The position numbers were made by a program, and so were the translations under genes. The notes under the pieces are model-generated. The model was not told where the DNA came from, searched no databases, and was given only the letters and a program-made list of their open reading frames with translations. Shown here one piece after another: positions 43,006 through 55,831 of a stretch of DNA of 64,000 bases (positions are counted from its first letter, which is position 1; each line of letters starts with the position of its first letter). This stretch comes from Eledone cirrhosa (Eukaryota), in the NCBI GenBank assembly GCA_964016885.1, contig OZ024744.1:89032001-89096000 (forward strand), in the 5' to 3' direction.

Positions 43006-43394
43006 AGTTCATAGGTTCGAGCTATCAGGAGAGGTTAATCATGTCTCAGGTGACTTGTTTGATTTCACACGGAATTTATCCAATTTAAGGAAGAAACCAA
43101 TGACGAACTTACGGTTCAGCACTGTTGGCTTAACCAATCATGCAGAACATCTTGTGATGAGAAAGAAATTGAAAATTTCTTTCTCTAGTGTTCACATCTT
43201 TTGCAAAAAAAAAAATAAATAAATAACAGATAAATGAATTTAAATAATTTGAAAAAAAAAAGAAAATTCTATTGAAATTAGAAGAAAGGAAACAAAAAGA
43301 AGTAAAGAAAAGAGAGAAGTAGATATAGAGAGAAAATTATAATAAAAAAGGAAACATACTTTATTTTATATTTAAAACAACAATTATAACATTA

Positions 43395-44196
43395 ATGATG
43401 ATGATGATGTGGTGGTAGTGGTGGTGGTGGTGGTGGTGGTGGTGGTGGTGGTGGTGGTGGTGGTGGTGACAGTGGTGGTGGTGCTGGTGGTGGAGGTGGT
43501 GGTGGTGGTGGTGGTGGTGGTGGTTGGTGGTGGTGGTGGTGGTGGCGGTGGTGGTGGTGACAGTGGTGGTGGTGGTGGTGGTGGTGGTGACAGTGGTGGT
43601 GGTGGTGGTGGTGGTGGTGGTGGTGGTGGTGGTGGTGGTGGTGGTGGTGGAAGTGGTGGTGGTGGTGGCGGTGGTGGCGGCGTTGTTGGTGGTGACAGTG
43701 GTGTGGTGGTGATGGTGGTTGTGTTGGTGGTAGTGGTGGCGGTGGTGGTGACAGTGGTGGTGGTGGTTACGGTGGTGGTGATGGTGGTGGTGGTGGCGGT
43801 GACGGTAGCGGTGGTGATAACGGTGGTAGTGTTAGGGTTGTTGTTGGTGGTGGTGATGGTGGTGGTGGTGTTGTTGAGGTGGGGGGGGGACCGTGGTTGG
43901 TGGTGGTGACAATGGTGATGGTGATGACGGTGGTGGTCGTCGTCGTCGTGGCGTCGTGGAGGTGGTGGTGGTGGTGGTGATGACGGTAGTGGTGCTGACG
44001 GTGGTGTTGTTGTTGTTATTGGTGGTGGTGATGGTTGAGGTGTGGTGGTGGTGGTGGTGGTGGTGGTGGTATTGGTGATGATGGTGGTGGTGGTATTGTG
44101 GTGGTGTTGGTGGTAGTAGTGGGGTGGTTTGGTGCTGGTGGTGGTGGTGGTGGTGGTGGTGGTGAGGATGGGGGTGGTGGTTTTGGTGGTGATGAT
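43395..44196. repeat. (GGT)n expanded, degenerate trinucleotide tract
   Basis: Direct reading. Confidence 0.95.
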
Positions 44197-44247
44197 AACT
44201 AAAAATTAAAAAAAATATTAAAAGAGCACATAAATTAAATATATATA

Positions 44248-44348
<101 letters not shown>

Positions 44349-44363
44349 ACACACACACACACG

Positions 44364-44403
<40 letters not shown>

Positions 44404-44669
44404 CTTTTCTTTTTCAAAAGTACAATTCAAAAATGAAAAGATCTGATTTCCACATTTCCACCCCCTTAATTTCAGATATCTTTCTTCCACTTTTGTGTTA
44501 TACGAAGCGTGAAAAGGACCAATTTTCTTTGAATAGAATGAAAAGAATGCAAAGATTAGTGAGAGGTTTTCTTTCCATTTTTCCTTTTATTCTTCTATTC
44601 TTTTGTTCTTTTTTGTTTTGTGCGCGTGGGTGGGGTGTTTTGGTTTTTCTTCCTTTGTTGTAGTTTTGT

Positions 44670-44955
44670 TTTCTTTCTTTCTTTCCTTCTTTCTTCTTCT
44701 TTTCTTCTTCTTCTTCTTCTTTTTCTTCTTCTTTTTCTTCTTCTTCTTCTTCTTCTTCTTCTTCTTCTTCTTCTTCTTCTTCGTCTTCTTCTTTGCCTTC
44801 TTCTTCTTCTTCTTCTTTGCCTTCTTCTTCTTCTTCTTTGCCTTCTTCTTCTTCTTCTTCTTCTTCTTCTTCTTCTTCTTCTTCTCTTCTTCTTCTTCTT
44901 CTTCTTCTTTGCCTTATTCTTCTTCTTTTCTTCTTTTCCTTCTTTTTCTTCTTAT
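44670..44955. repeat. (TTC)n
   Basis: Direct reading. Confidence 0.95.
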
Positions 44956-44978
44956 TTATATTAATTTTTATTATTAAA

Positions 44979-45888
44979 GTGGAGGGGAAGAGCGACGACG
45001 TTCTCGGAGAGATCCTGGGCGTCGAAGAAGATCAGCTGTTTGCTCTCTTCCGGAGAACTTTCAGCCCGGGGCCTATGGATAACTTCCAAAAATCCCTGGC
45101 ATGGCAGTGCTACCGGGGAGCGCTGCCGGTTCGAGATAAGCTCTACAGGCACGGAAGTGCCGTCAGCCGAGCCTGTCCGAGATGCGCGCAGAGCGACGAA
45201 ACCGTTGTGCACGCACTCGTTCAGTGCCCGAACATTGCTGACTTGTGGAGCTATGTCGAACAGTTGCTGTCGCGTGTAGGACTGATCCGATTATCGAGTC
45301 CATTGTGCAGATGGTCTCGCCGTCTTCCTTCGAGGAGGAAGGGCAGGCGGTTTTCATCTGCCTGGTGGACATGGCGAAAGAGAGTGTGTGGTGGACAAGG
45401 TTAAAAGGGTTAAAGACAGACACTTTCCTCTTCGGCGAATCCCTAATTAACTTTTTCAAGTTTCACTTGAATAGGAAAATCAGGGTGGAGAGGCAAGTGC
45501 TGCCTTCTAGCAAGTTTGTTGAAAGGTGGGTGAATGTAGCGAGAATGGACCGAGTGAACGGGACCGCTCTGAATATACGTCTGTATTTTGAGAGATGGAA
45601 AAATTGAGAGAGGGCGCTTGCCCTGGTGGTCAGGATCGCCGTGGTCTTTTGTGTGGTTTTCGCCACGAGTAGCCCTCGGAGGTTTCCCCCTATTGGGGAA
45701 GTTTTCATTGTTTCAATTTTCATTTTTATTGTTTATATATATATATGTTTTATGTCTTTTTTCTTCTTTTCTTATATAAATAATAAAAATAATTACACGC
45801 ACAAAACCCACATCGTACCTTCGTGTACCGTCCTGTGCCGTCTGTAATGTTTTTCTAGATGTCAGCCCTAGTGGCCAATAAAGAAATC
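44979..45888 (+). mobile_element. Tx1 subfamily B 3' fragment
   Basis: zf-RVT, 3'UTR, AATAAA then (ATT)n. Confidence 0.9.
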
Positions 45889-45912
45889 ATTATTAATATT
45901 ATTATTATTATT

Positions 45913-48900
45913 GGCAACCTACGTAGTAAATCGTATCATCGTGAGCTCCGCAAAGGTTTGTTATTTTCAGTTGTTTAAAATTGCCATTTATGGAAAATGT
46001 TTATTGTTAACTGTATATAAGTGCACATACATTGATTTCTGAAAAGAACACTCAAAAATATTGGGGCTTTGAGCCCAAAATTTAAACTTTTTATAATTAT
46101 CAAACAAAAAAAATTTCTTTGAAAAATCATGGCCGACTCAGGGTCACACCTTCCTCACAAACTAACACCTCACACCGACACCACCATTGTAAATATTACT
46201 ACGTTTGCCAACACTAAAAATATAAGCAGTAGCAATATTTTAAATTTGTCTCAGCCAGACATTCATTTCCCGCCATTACCAATGAATGCAGGTGTTAAAG
46301 CCGCCACCCCCACCACCACAGCGACAACCCTCACCACCACCACCACAGCGACAACAGAAACAAAAGAAAAAAATAAATTAACTCGTGATATCGAAATGAA
46401 TTCAACCAAAATGAACTCTTCCACACGGAACACCACTGACGCCACCACCACCACAACTGAAACTAAAATTAACAATAGCAAAAATAACGATAACAACAAC
46501 AGCAACAATGAAATTAAGAAAACTACCCTGCGTTTTGCCAGAGTAGCAAAAACGTGCGAAGCGATCCAAGTAACTCAGGAGGAATTAGAAGAAGTCAAAG
46601 GAATGGTAAAGAAAGATGGGTACAGGGTCAGCCCCCCCCCCTCCCCACACACACACACACCTAATAAAATGGTGCAACGTCGCCTATGCACCTTGTCTTA
46701 TTGGACAATTAACATAAAATCGCGCCTAGTGGAACGGGCATCCGAGTCCCAAATCCAAAAGGCTTTGGGACATGTGTGGGCAAAAAAACCCACATCAGAC
46801 GTGGGCAGAAGTATGGAACCGTGGACGTGTTCTTTGAAACACCACAGGAGGCCAGAAAGCACTCCATGGCCCCATTAAGAAGTGACGACTTCACACTCGT
46901 CCCAAGCTATTGTGGCCAGAGACTCGTGAAGATCAGGGTGAACCACGTTCCACCGGCCATCGAAATTCCCTGGTTAATGGCTGCCGTCCTCGCCAGCATC
47001 GAGGCCAACACCAAGATAATCGAAATAAGGAAAGAAAAGCAGGAGAACTGGTCTGGATCTGGGATGGAGCTCCTGATCCAAGCGGACCATAAAAGTATTG
47101 AGGAGATCACAGAGGTAATAGACCACACTGACGGCAGGCACCTCACCGTAATCGTCGAGAGCAGAAGGCCTAGGTGTGTCGTTTGTGGTGAAGGAACCCA
47201 CCTAAAGGCTTTCTGCCCTCAGGCTAAAAGGTTGAGGCCACTTCTCTTACCCACCCCAGCGACTCAACCATAAACACCACCAGCAGCAGAGATGGCAGCA
47301 ACAACTGTAGCAGCAAAACAGCAGCAACTGTAACAACAACAACCCCAGCAACAGTAGCAAAACCAACACCGCCACCACCAAACGACCCAGAACTAGCACC
47401 AGCGCCTACACCATCCACCACGCCACAACCAACGCCTGTGGAGGATTTTCCACTCCCCGACCTATCTGGAGACAGATTGTGACGACGAGGAGTGGGAAAC
47501 GGTATCAGGAAAGAAGAAAAAAAGAAACCAAAAAAGAAAAAATTCTCTTCCTTCCCCCTCCAAAAACAAAGTAGAGAGGGAAACAAATAAATTATCAAAC
47601 AAGAAAGTTAAGACAGATATGCCACCATCCACACCAGCATCACCAACCCCATCACCAGAAACACCAATACCATCACCATCATTAACCCCAACACCACCAT
47701 CACCAACACCACAAAAGTCACCAAAAAGCGTAACAGAAACAAACCCACAACAAACACAAACAAAACAAAACAACCAAAACGATACACAATACACAGCATT
47801 AAATTTGAACAACAACCAATTATTACACTACATGCAACACAACACCAGCATCAAAGAAAAAGACTACGCAACAACCCAAAAGATCACACCACCTCCACAC
47901 ATACAAATCACTCGCATCACACAGAAAATATACATGACACTAAAACAAAAATTCCCCAAAGACATCGGAGACTTCCGACAAATACTCTCCAGGAGGATTT
48001 ATAAGGACATCCTTCCGGAGGAGGCCACAAGCAGTGAAAAGGATGGACAAACCATCCTTCCTCTACGAGAAGTAAGGTAAGTGGTCTTTCCCATCTTTTC
48101 CACTCCATTTCAACATGACCTCACTCAGAATAGGCAGCATAAATGCGCGTAGCTTGGGATCGTCATGGAAGCAGGGCCACCTGCTCAACGACCTCAGGTC
48201 ACTAAACATAGATGTAGTGGCCATCAGCGAGACCAGAATCTCCGAAGCACGGGCCTTCGCACCGATCTTCGGCGGCTACGATGTGTACACATCTCCCAGC
48301 CGTCCGGGATCGGGGGGAGGCGCTTGTCGTTGGTGGTCTGGTGGGTGAGGCGCAGACATGCTCCATCCCGACAGATCCATCCACGACAACCTCCACCTCA
48401 TGCGATACATCGTAGAGAGGGTAGCTAGGGAACCTGGCACGGGTAGGTCCTTGATCAATTTAGATCAGTAGAAAGCTTTCGATAGGGTCGACCATCGTTA
48501 CCTAGCGACAGTCCTGAGGGCGGCTGGCTTTGAGCCCGTCTTCAGAGGCTGGATCGCTGCCATGCACAGCGACATCTGCTCTGTGGTGAGAGTGAACGGT
48601 CACCTTTCGGAACCGTTCAACATCATGCGCTCGGTCCGCCAAGGATGTCCCCTCTCGTCCCTCTTGTACGTATTGACTCTCGAGCCATTACTACACAAAC
48701 TGGAGACGTTGAGGGGGGGTCCTGCGCGAACTAGGATGCGGAAGATCCGTGTCAGCATATGCGGACGATGTCACCGTAGTGGTGTCGAACGCCAAACACA
48801 TCGAGGCGATCGGCACTACACTAAGAGAATACGAAGCGGTGACAGGAGCAATGATCAACCAGGAAAAGTCAGTGGGCCTGCAGCTCGGCACCTGGAGAGG

Positions 48901-50166
48901 CAGGTCCATGCCGTCCAACAGCGTCGTCGGGCGCTGGACGGACGGACCAGTTAAATTGCTCGGGGTCTGGTTCGGTCCGGATCTCCAGACGGCCAAAAAC
49001 TGTGACGAGGTGACGAGCAGGGTGGCTTCTCTCACCCAAAAATAGGCCGAGAGGAAGCTATCCCTGAAAGGTCGAGCGGAGGTGGCTAACGCGTATATCG
49101 CGTCCGTCATCTACTACCGCCTGACCGTCGTACCTTGTCCTAAGCCACGCCTGACTGCGCTGGAGCGTTTGCTCTTTCGCTTTTTGTGGAAGGGACGCGC
49201 TCCGATAGTCAGGCGGTCCATCTGCTGTCAACACCCGCTACGTGGAGGGCTGGGCATGCCGTGGCTGATGATACGCAGACACGCGCTGAGGCTACGACAT
49301 CTCCACCTCTTCCTCGACGGTGATCAGGTGTGGTCTCCGTTTGCTAGACGCGTCTTTCCCCAGCTCGTCTCCTTGACGGAGCTGCAGTCCTGGGTCAAGC
49401 GAAGACCGAGAGGGAGCGCTTGGAGACTGGAATGTCTTCAGGCGCTCACAGCCCTCGACCAATCGGGCAACGTGATCGGTGGAAACTCCACCTTGGCGTT
49501 CTATAGAGGATTAGTGGAGGGGAAGAGCGACGACGTACTTGGGGAAACTCTAGGCGTCGACGAAAATCAACTAACCAATCTCTTCGGAAGAACTTTCGGG
49601 CCGTGGCCTATGGACAACTTCCAGAAATCCCTGGCCTGGCAGTGCTACCGAGGAGCTTTGCCAGTTCGGGATAAACTCTACAGGCAGTTTTTATCTGTCC
49701 GGTGGCCATGGCGAAAGAGATAGTATGGTGGACACGTTTGAAAGGGCTGAAGACGAGCACTTACCTCTTCGGTGATGCCCTGATGAACTTTTTCAAATTT
49801 CATTTAATAAGGAAAATAGAAAGGGAAGTGCTCTCTTCCCAGCATTTTGTTGAAAGATGGGTGAGAGAGGCAAGAATGGCCCGAGTTAATGGCCTACTCT
49901 GAGTATGTGTCTGTAAATTAAAGATGGAAAACTGGGAGAGGGAACTTGCCCTGGTGGTCATGGTCACTGTGGCTTTTTAATGGGCTTTCTCCACGAATGT
50001 CCCTCGGAAGTCTCCCCCCTATTGGGGAATTTTTTCATTGTTCTATTATTACATCCTCTGTTTCTTGTTTTTTACACGCAGAAATGCCAATTTGTACTGC
50101 CCTGTATTGTCCTGTACTGTCCTTAATGTCTACTTTATGTAAACCCTTGTGGTTAATAAGGAAATC
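45913..50166 (+). mobile_element. Tx1 subfamily A copy 3 (deletions at ~48319 and ~49685)
   Basis: Same 5'UTR as 8733; ORF1 46129-48080 frameshifted; ORF2 start 48115. Confidence 0.92.
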
Positions 50167-50204
50167 ATTATTACGATTACTAATATTATATATATATAAT
50201 TGTG

Positions 50205-50535
50205 AGTAAAATCGAAGCTGCAGCTGACATGGTCAACTTTGCCTTTCATCCTTACGGAGTCGATAAAATAAAGTACCAGTAATACACTGGTTTATTGCTG
50301 GCCTTGTGCCAAAAAGTAGAAACAATTATTATCATTATTGGCGGTTGATTGGCAATATCGGTAGAGAGTTGGACACCATGCTTTGCAGCATAGAGTTACG
50401 GTCCTTTATGGTCTGAGTTCAAATCCCGCCGAGTTTAACTTTGCCTTTCATCCTTACGGGGGTCGATAAAATAAAGTACCAGTAATATACTGGATAATTG
50501 CTGGCCTTGTGCCAAAAGTAGAAACAATTATTATT
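50205..50535 (+). mobile_element. Two tandem SINE copies (50205-50337 partial; 50338-50535)
   Basis: Core, A/B boxes in the second copy, (ATT)n tails. Confidence 0.85.
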
Positions 50536-50540
50536 ATCAT

Positions 50541-50621
50541 TGGTCGTGTTGTTCTTCGGCTCATTATTTTCCTTAATGTTATATTTTGTGTCAACCGTTG
50601 TGGTTAATAAAGAAAGAAAGC
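50541..50621 (+). mobile_element. Short Tx1-like 3'-tail fragment
   Basis: ..ccgttgtggttaataaagaaag.. followed by (ATT)n. Confidence 0.5.
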
Positions 50622-50631
50622 ATTATTATTT

Positions 50632-50678
<47 letters not shown>

Positions 50679-53102
50679 GGTCTCTTCAGACGTCTTTTTG
50701 CTCGCTCCCAGTAAGTCGCTTTATTTACCTGTTATAATTATTTGTTGTTAGATTTGTTCTGGTTGTGTAAGGGATATAAACCCTTGTACTTTGCCCTGTG
50801 AAGGGGAAAGTATAACATTTGGGCCTCTTGGCCCAAATATTTGAACATTTTACTTATTTGAATACAAATTATTTTTAAAAAACATGCTTGAGTCACGCCC
50901 CCCCCCCCCCAGCAATATGTCTGCTGTCGTGGTGACAATGGCGTAAAAGTTGAGAGGAGGGTTACAGAAATTAATACAACAAACAACACCACAAACAACA
51001 TGAACAAATACAACAACATTGAGAACACTAATTTTAAAAGAATTACCACACCAACTACAACAATAACAGCGACAACCAAAATACAGACAACAGAAAAAAA
51101 TGACAACAAATGCAACAACGATATTAAAAACACTAACAAGAAAATAAACAACGACAACACCAACAGCAACAATACAAATTGCACCCAAAACAACAACACC
51201 AGTGGCACCAAAACACAACCAACTACAACCATGATAACAGCAACAACACCAACAACACCCTTTGTAGCAGTAGTAACAGCAACAGCACCAACAATAAGAC
51301 CAGCAGCAGCAGTAGCGGCAACAATAATGGTTCCGCTGAAAATGCAGCCACTTCTTTCGCAGGTGTGGCCCGAAATATAGAGACAGTGCTCGTCACGGAG
51401 GAGGAGATGGCAGTCGCAAGAGCCATGGTGTCGAGAAACGAGAACAGAGTTTCCCTGAAACCACCACCCTATTTCTTCAAAGACCAGCAGCTGCGCACGG
51501 TGACTTACGGCACCGTAAGCAACATGTCACATCGGGTGGAGAGAGCCACGGAGGCTCAAATCCAAAAGGCCTTGGGGTGCGTCCGGGCGCGCAAAACCCA
51601 CATCACCGGAGGCAAAACGTACGCCACAGTAGACGTACTTTTCGCCACCCACCAAGAGGCGAATCCTCACTCTTTGGAGACCCTAAAGAGTGAGGAGATA
51701 GTCTTGGTGCCTTCCTACTGCGGGCAGAAAATTGTGAGGGTCAAAGTGACCCAGGACCCGCCCGACGTGACCATACCTTGGCTGGCCGCGTCTGGAATCA
51801 AGGACAAGACAACCATACTGCAAATACAGAGAATGGGAAGAGAGAACTGGTCAGGAATAGGCATGCAAATGCTAATACAAACTGAATAGGAGTGCATCGA
51901 GGCCATCCCAGACATCATAGACCTCGAAGAAGGGCTCCGACTCACTATAAGCGTGGAAGGAAGGCACCCAAAGTGCTATCTATGTGGACAGAAGACTCAC
52001 CTCAGGGTCTTCTTCCCGCAGAAGACAGCTAATTGAGGGCCCCCATCCTTCCGACACCTGATCCGCTGCTTCCAAGAGCAGGGCAGACAACAGAGGCAGA
52101 AGACCTTATCATAGTGAGTAGGAGGGCAACGTCCGTGGCACTCATACCAAGGACACGGACAACTAAAGCAGTGACAGCAGTGGTGGCAACACCAACAGTC
52201 ACAGTAGCTAAACCGGCGGCAAAATCGGTGGAGCAACGACGTTCTCGGGGACACCCTGGGCGTCGAAGACGATCAGCTGTTCGCCCCCTTCAGGAGAGCT
52301 TTCAGACCGGGGCCTATGGACAACTTCCAGAAAACCCTGGCCTGGCAGTGCTACCGGGGAGCGTTGCCGGTTCGGCATAAGCTCTACAGGCACGAAGGTG
52401 CTGTCAGCCGAGCCTGTTCTAGATGCGCGCAGGGCGACGAAACCGTCCTGCACGCACTCATTCAGTGCCCGAGGATTGCTGACTCGTGGAGCTATGTCGA
52501 ACAGCTGCTGTCGCGTGTAGGACGGATCCGGTTATCGACTGAGTGCATTGTGCAGATAGCCCCGCCTTCTTCCTTTAAAGAGGAGGAAGGGCAGGCAGTT
52601 TTCATCTGCTTGGTGGCCATGGCGAAAGAGATTGTGTGGTGGTCAAGGTTGAATGGGTTGAAGACGGACACTTTCCTCTTCGGCCAATCCCTGACTAACC
52701 TTTTAAAGTTTCACTTGAAGAGGAAAATCAGAGTTGAGAGGCAAGTGCTGTCTTCTAGTAAGTTAGTTGAAAGGTGGGTGAAAGTGGCGAGTCTGGTCCG
52801 AGTGAACGGGACCGCTCTGAGTATACGCCTGGATACTGAGAAGTGGGAAAAGTGAGAGAGAGATCTTGCCCTGGTGGTCAGGTTGGCCGTGGTCTTTTGT
52901 GTGGTTTTCACCACGAGTGACCCTCGGAGGTTTCCCCCTTTTTGGGGAGTTTTTGTTGTTTGAATTTTTTCGATTTCTATCCCGATTTCTATCTTGTTAT
53001 AACCTATTTACACGACCAAAACCCACTTTGTATCGTCCTGTACTGTTCTGTGCCGTCGCTAATGTTTTTCTTCGTGTTAGCCCTTGTGGCCAATAAAGAA
53101 CC
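50679..53102 (+). mobile_element. Tx1 subfamily D: third ORF1 type joined at ~52225 to a B-like C-terminus and 3'UTR
   Basis: TSFAGVARNIETV..PSYCGQKIVRV; zf-RVT 52316-52855; (ATT)n flanks. Confidence 0.88.
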
Positions 53103-53136
53103 ATTATTATTATTATTATTATTATTGTTACTGTTA

Positions 53137-55527
53137 TTCCTTGAATCTCAGTCATTGATGTTGGCTAACTGGAAAGTCCGTTGGATTGAATATCAAGCCA
53201 CTACCTGCAGCCTCAGATATTCAGGACGTATCGGAGGGTTCTTGCCGTTCCAAGCAAGCATGCCTTTTGAAGCGTTCCAAAAAGCGTGAAGGGGCCGATT
53301 TTCTTTAACCATCCCTGGAAACCTTTGGAGATAGTCCCCAGTGCGCCTATGACAATCGGGATCACTTTGACTTCATGGCAGTTCCAAATCCTTTTCACCT
53401 CCCACTTTAGGTCCTGGTATCGGTTAATTTTCTCCCTCTCCTTCTCTTGCACTCTCGTGTCGAACGGGCAGGCCACATCCACAATCAGGCACGATCTTTT
53501 TTCTTTGTCCACAACCACCAGGTCAGGTCTATTGTGTTCCAGTTTTTTGTCCGTCTGTATCCTAAAATCCCACAGCACCTTCACCTGACTGTTCTCCATC
53601 ACCGCCTCTGGCCTATGCTCATACCATTTCTCAGAATGTGGTAGATTGTTTACTTTGCACAGGTGCCAGTGGATCACCCTGCCCATCACATCGTGTCTCC
53701 AGCCCTTATAGTGGGTCTGGGCTAGGTGTTTACACTCGGACACAATGTGAGCCACAGTCTCCTCTCTCTCTCCACAGATCCTGCACAGTGGGCTAGCCTC
53801 CTCCTTGTAGATATGGTGCTTCAACCACTTCGTTTTGAGGGCCTGCTCCTGCGCAGCCATTAGCATTCCTTCTGTAGCCTTTTTGAGGTCTCCTCTTCTC
53901 AACCAGTTCCATGTCTGTGGATCTCTAAATTCAGTTTTCTCAAAGAAGGTACTATGAAGGGATTTTCCCTTAAGGCTGCTCTTCCTCCTTGATGTTATTT
54001 CCTCCTTGGATATCCCCTGGCCTACTGTCCCCTCCTTCAGTACAGCTCTGAGCATTGGCTCCTTACTATAGGTCACGTATTTGTATAGGTTGTTTTTCTC
54101 CATCTGAACACAGTCCTCTATGCTGATAAGACCTCTTCCACCCTCAGATCTCCTTAGGTAGAGTCTATCGACATCACTCCTCTTGTGGAACATGTTGTAG
54201 ATAGTCAATAGTTTCCTAGTCTTCCTATCCATTTCTTTTTGTTCAGCAACATTCCATCTCAGAATTCCCGCACTGTACCTAATAATAGACACAGCTCGGG
54301 AATTTACTGCGCTTATGGCATTTCTGCTGTTCAGATGTGACTTCAATACGCTCCTTACTCTCCGAATGTATTCAGCTCTTAACAATTCCTTCATTTTTTT
54401 GTTCTTTATGCCATCAGCCTCCAGAACGCCCAAATACTTGTATCCTTCCTCAGAGTCAATTTCCTTTATCATCTCACCTGTTGGTATCTGGATCCCGTTA
54501 CTTCTGCTCAACCTACCCCTCCTCATCACAATGACTCCACATTTACCAATACCAAACTGCATACATATATCACTGATGAAAATACGGACAGTGTCAACAA
54601 GCACATCCAACTCCTTCTCACTTTTCCCGAAGAGCTTAAGATCGTCCATGAAGAGGAGGTGATTGATGGTAAGCTCTCCCCTTCCCAACTTGTATCCTGC
54701 TCTCACTTTTCGCAGCATAATGGTCAAGGGCATCAGGGCAAGGACAAACAACAGAGGGGACAGGCTATCTCCCTGGAAGATACCTCTCTTGATCTTCACG
54801 CTTCCCAAGGATACTCCAGTTGATGTCAACTCTGTCTCCCAGGACCCCATACTCCTGCCCAGCAACTGTCTGATGTTATCTGCCACCCTGAAGATCTCCA
54901 GGCTTTTGGTGATCCAGGAATGAGGCACCATGTCAAATGCCTTTCTGTAGTCTATCCATCCCATGGCAAGATCAGTGTGTCTCCTCCTGCAATTCCCCAT
55001 TACCATCTTATCAATAAGCAACTGGTCCTTTGTACCACGTGACTTCTTTCGGCATCCTTTCTGTTCGTCCGGCAACAAGTTGTTTGTGTGGAGGTGATGG
55101 TAGATTTCCTCAGACACAATGCTCGTCAACAGTTTCCACATTACGGGCAGACATGTGATAGGTCTATAGTTGGTAACATCATTACCCTTGATTCGGTCTT
55201 TCATTATCAGAACTGTGGTACCTTTTGTCAACCACTCTGGCACCTCACCCGACACCAAGCAGTCATTGAACATGGCCGTCAGCTTCGGGTGGAGGGATGT
55301 TAAATGTTTAATCCAATACCCCTGCACACCATCTGGGCCTGGTGATTTCCAGTTGGTTAGTTTTTTGGCTTGCCCCTTAAGAGTTTCAACTGTGATACTC
55401 AAATCAGTCTGTTGCTGTGCCTGCTCACTGATCTCCCTCTGTACTGTCTCAATCCACCCTGCCTGGGCATTGTGTCTAACATCCTGCTCCCATATTCCTC
55501 TCCAGAATGTTTTAGCTTGTTCCGCCC
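53137..55527 (-). mobile_element. R4/Dong RLE LINE, 5'-truncated, uninterrupted RT-ZF-RLE ORF (stop 53213)
   Basis: KSPGPDG, YRPITCL, DYRKAFD, FQGDSLSP, FMDD, CRICGE..H..C, RHD, RPD..D; (TAA)n on the sense strand at both ends. Confidence 0.95.
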
Positions 55528-55582
<55 letters not shown>

Positions 55583-55584
<2 letters not shown>

Positions 55585-55771
55585 GGGCGGTGAATTGGCA
55601 GTATCGGTAGAGGGTCGGACGCCATGCTTTGACGCATAGAGTTACGGCCCTTGCCATTCTGAGATCAAGTCCTGCCGAGGTTAACTTTGCCTTTCATCCT
55701 TACGCGGTCGATAAAATAAAGTACCAGTAATCTACTGGATAATTGCTGGCCTTGTGCCAAAAGTAGAAACA
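55583..55771 (+). mobile_element. tRNA-derived SINE inside (ATT)n
   Basis: A box TGGCAGTATCGG, degenerate B box; (ATT)n at 55529-55582 and 55772-55831. Confidence 0.88.

Positions 55772-55831
<60 letters not shown>

Noticed and set aside
50338-50430. tRNA gene
   Set aside because: The A/B boxes belong to a multi-copy SINE head; no cloverleaf
55528-55657. N-terminus of the 814-aa ORF with poly-Asn
   Set aside because: Chance read-through of an antisense SINE and (AAT)n into a 5'-truncated Dong ORF
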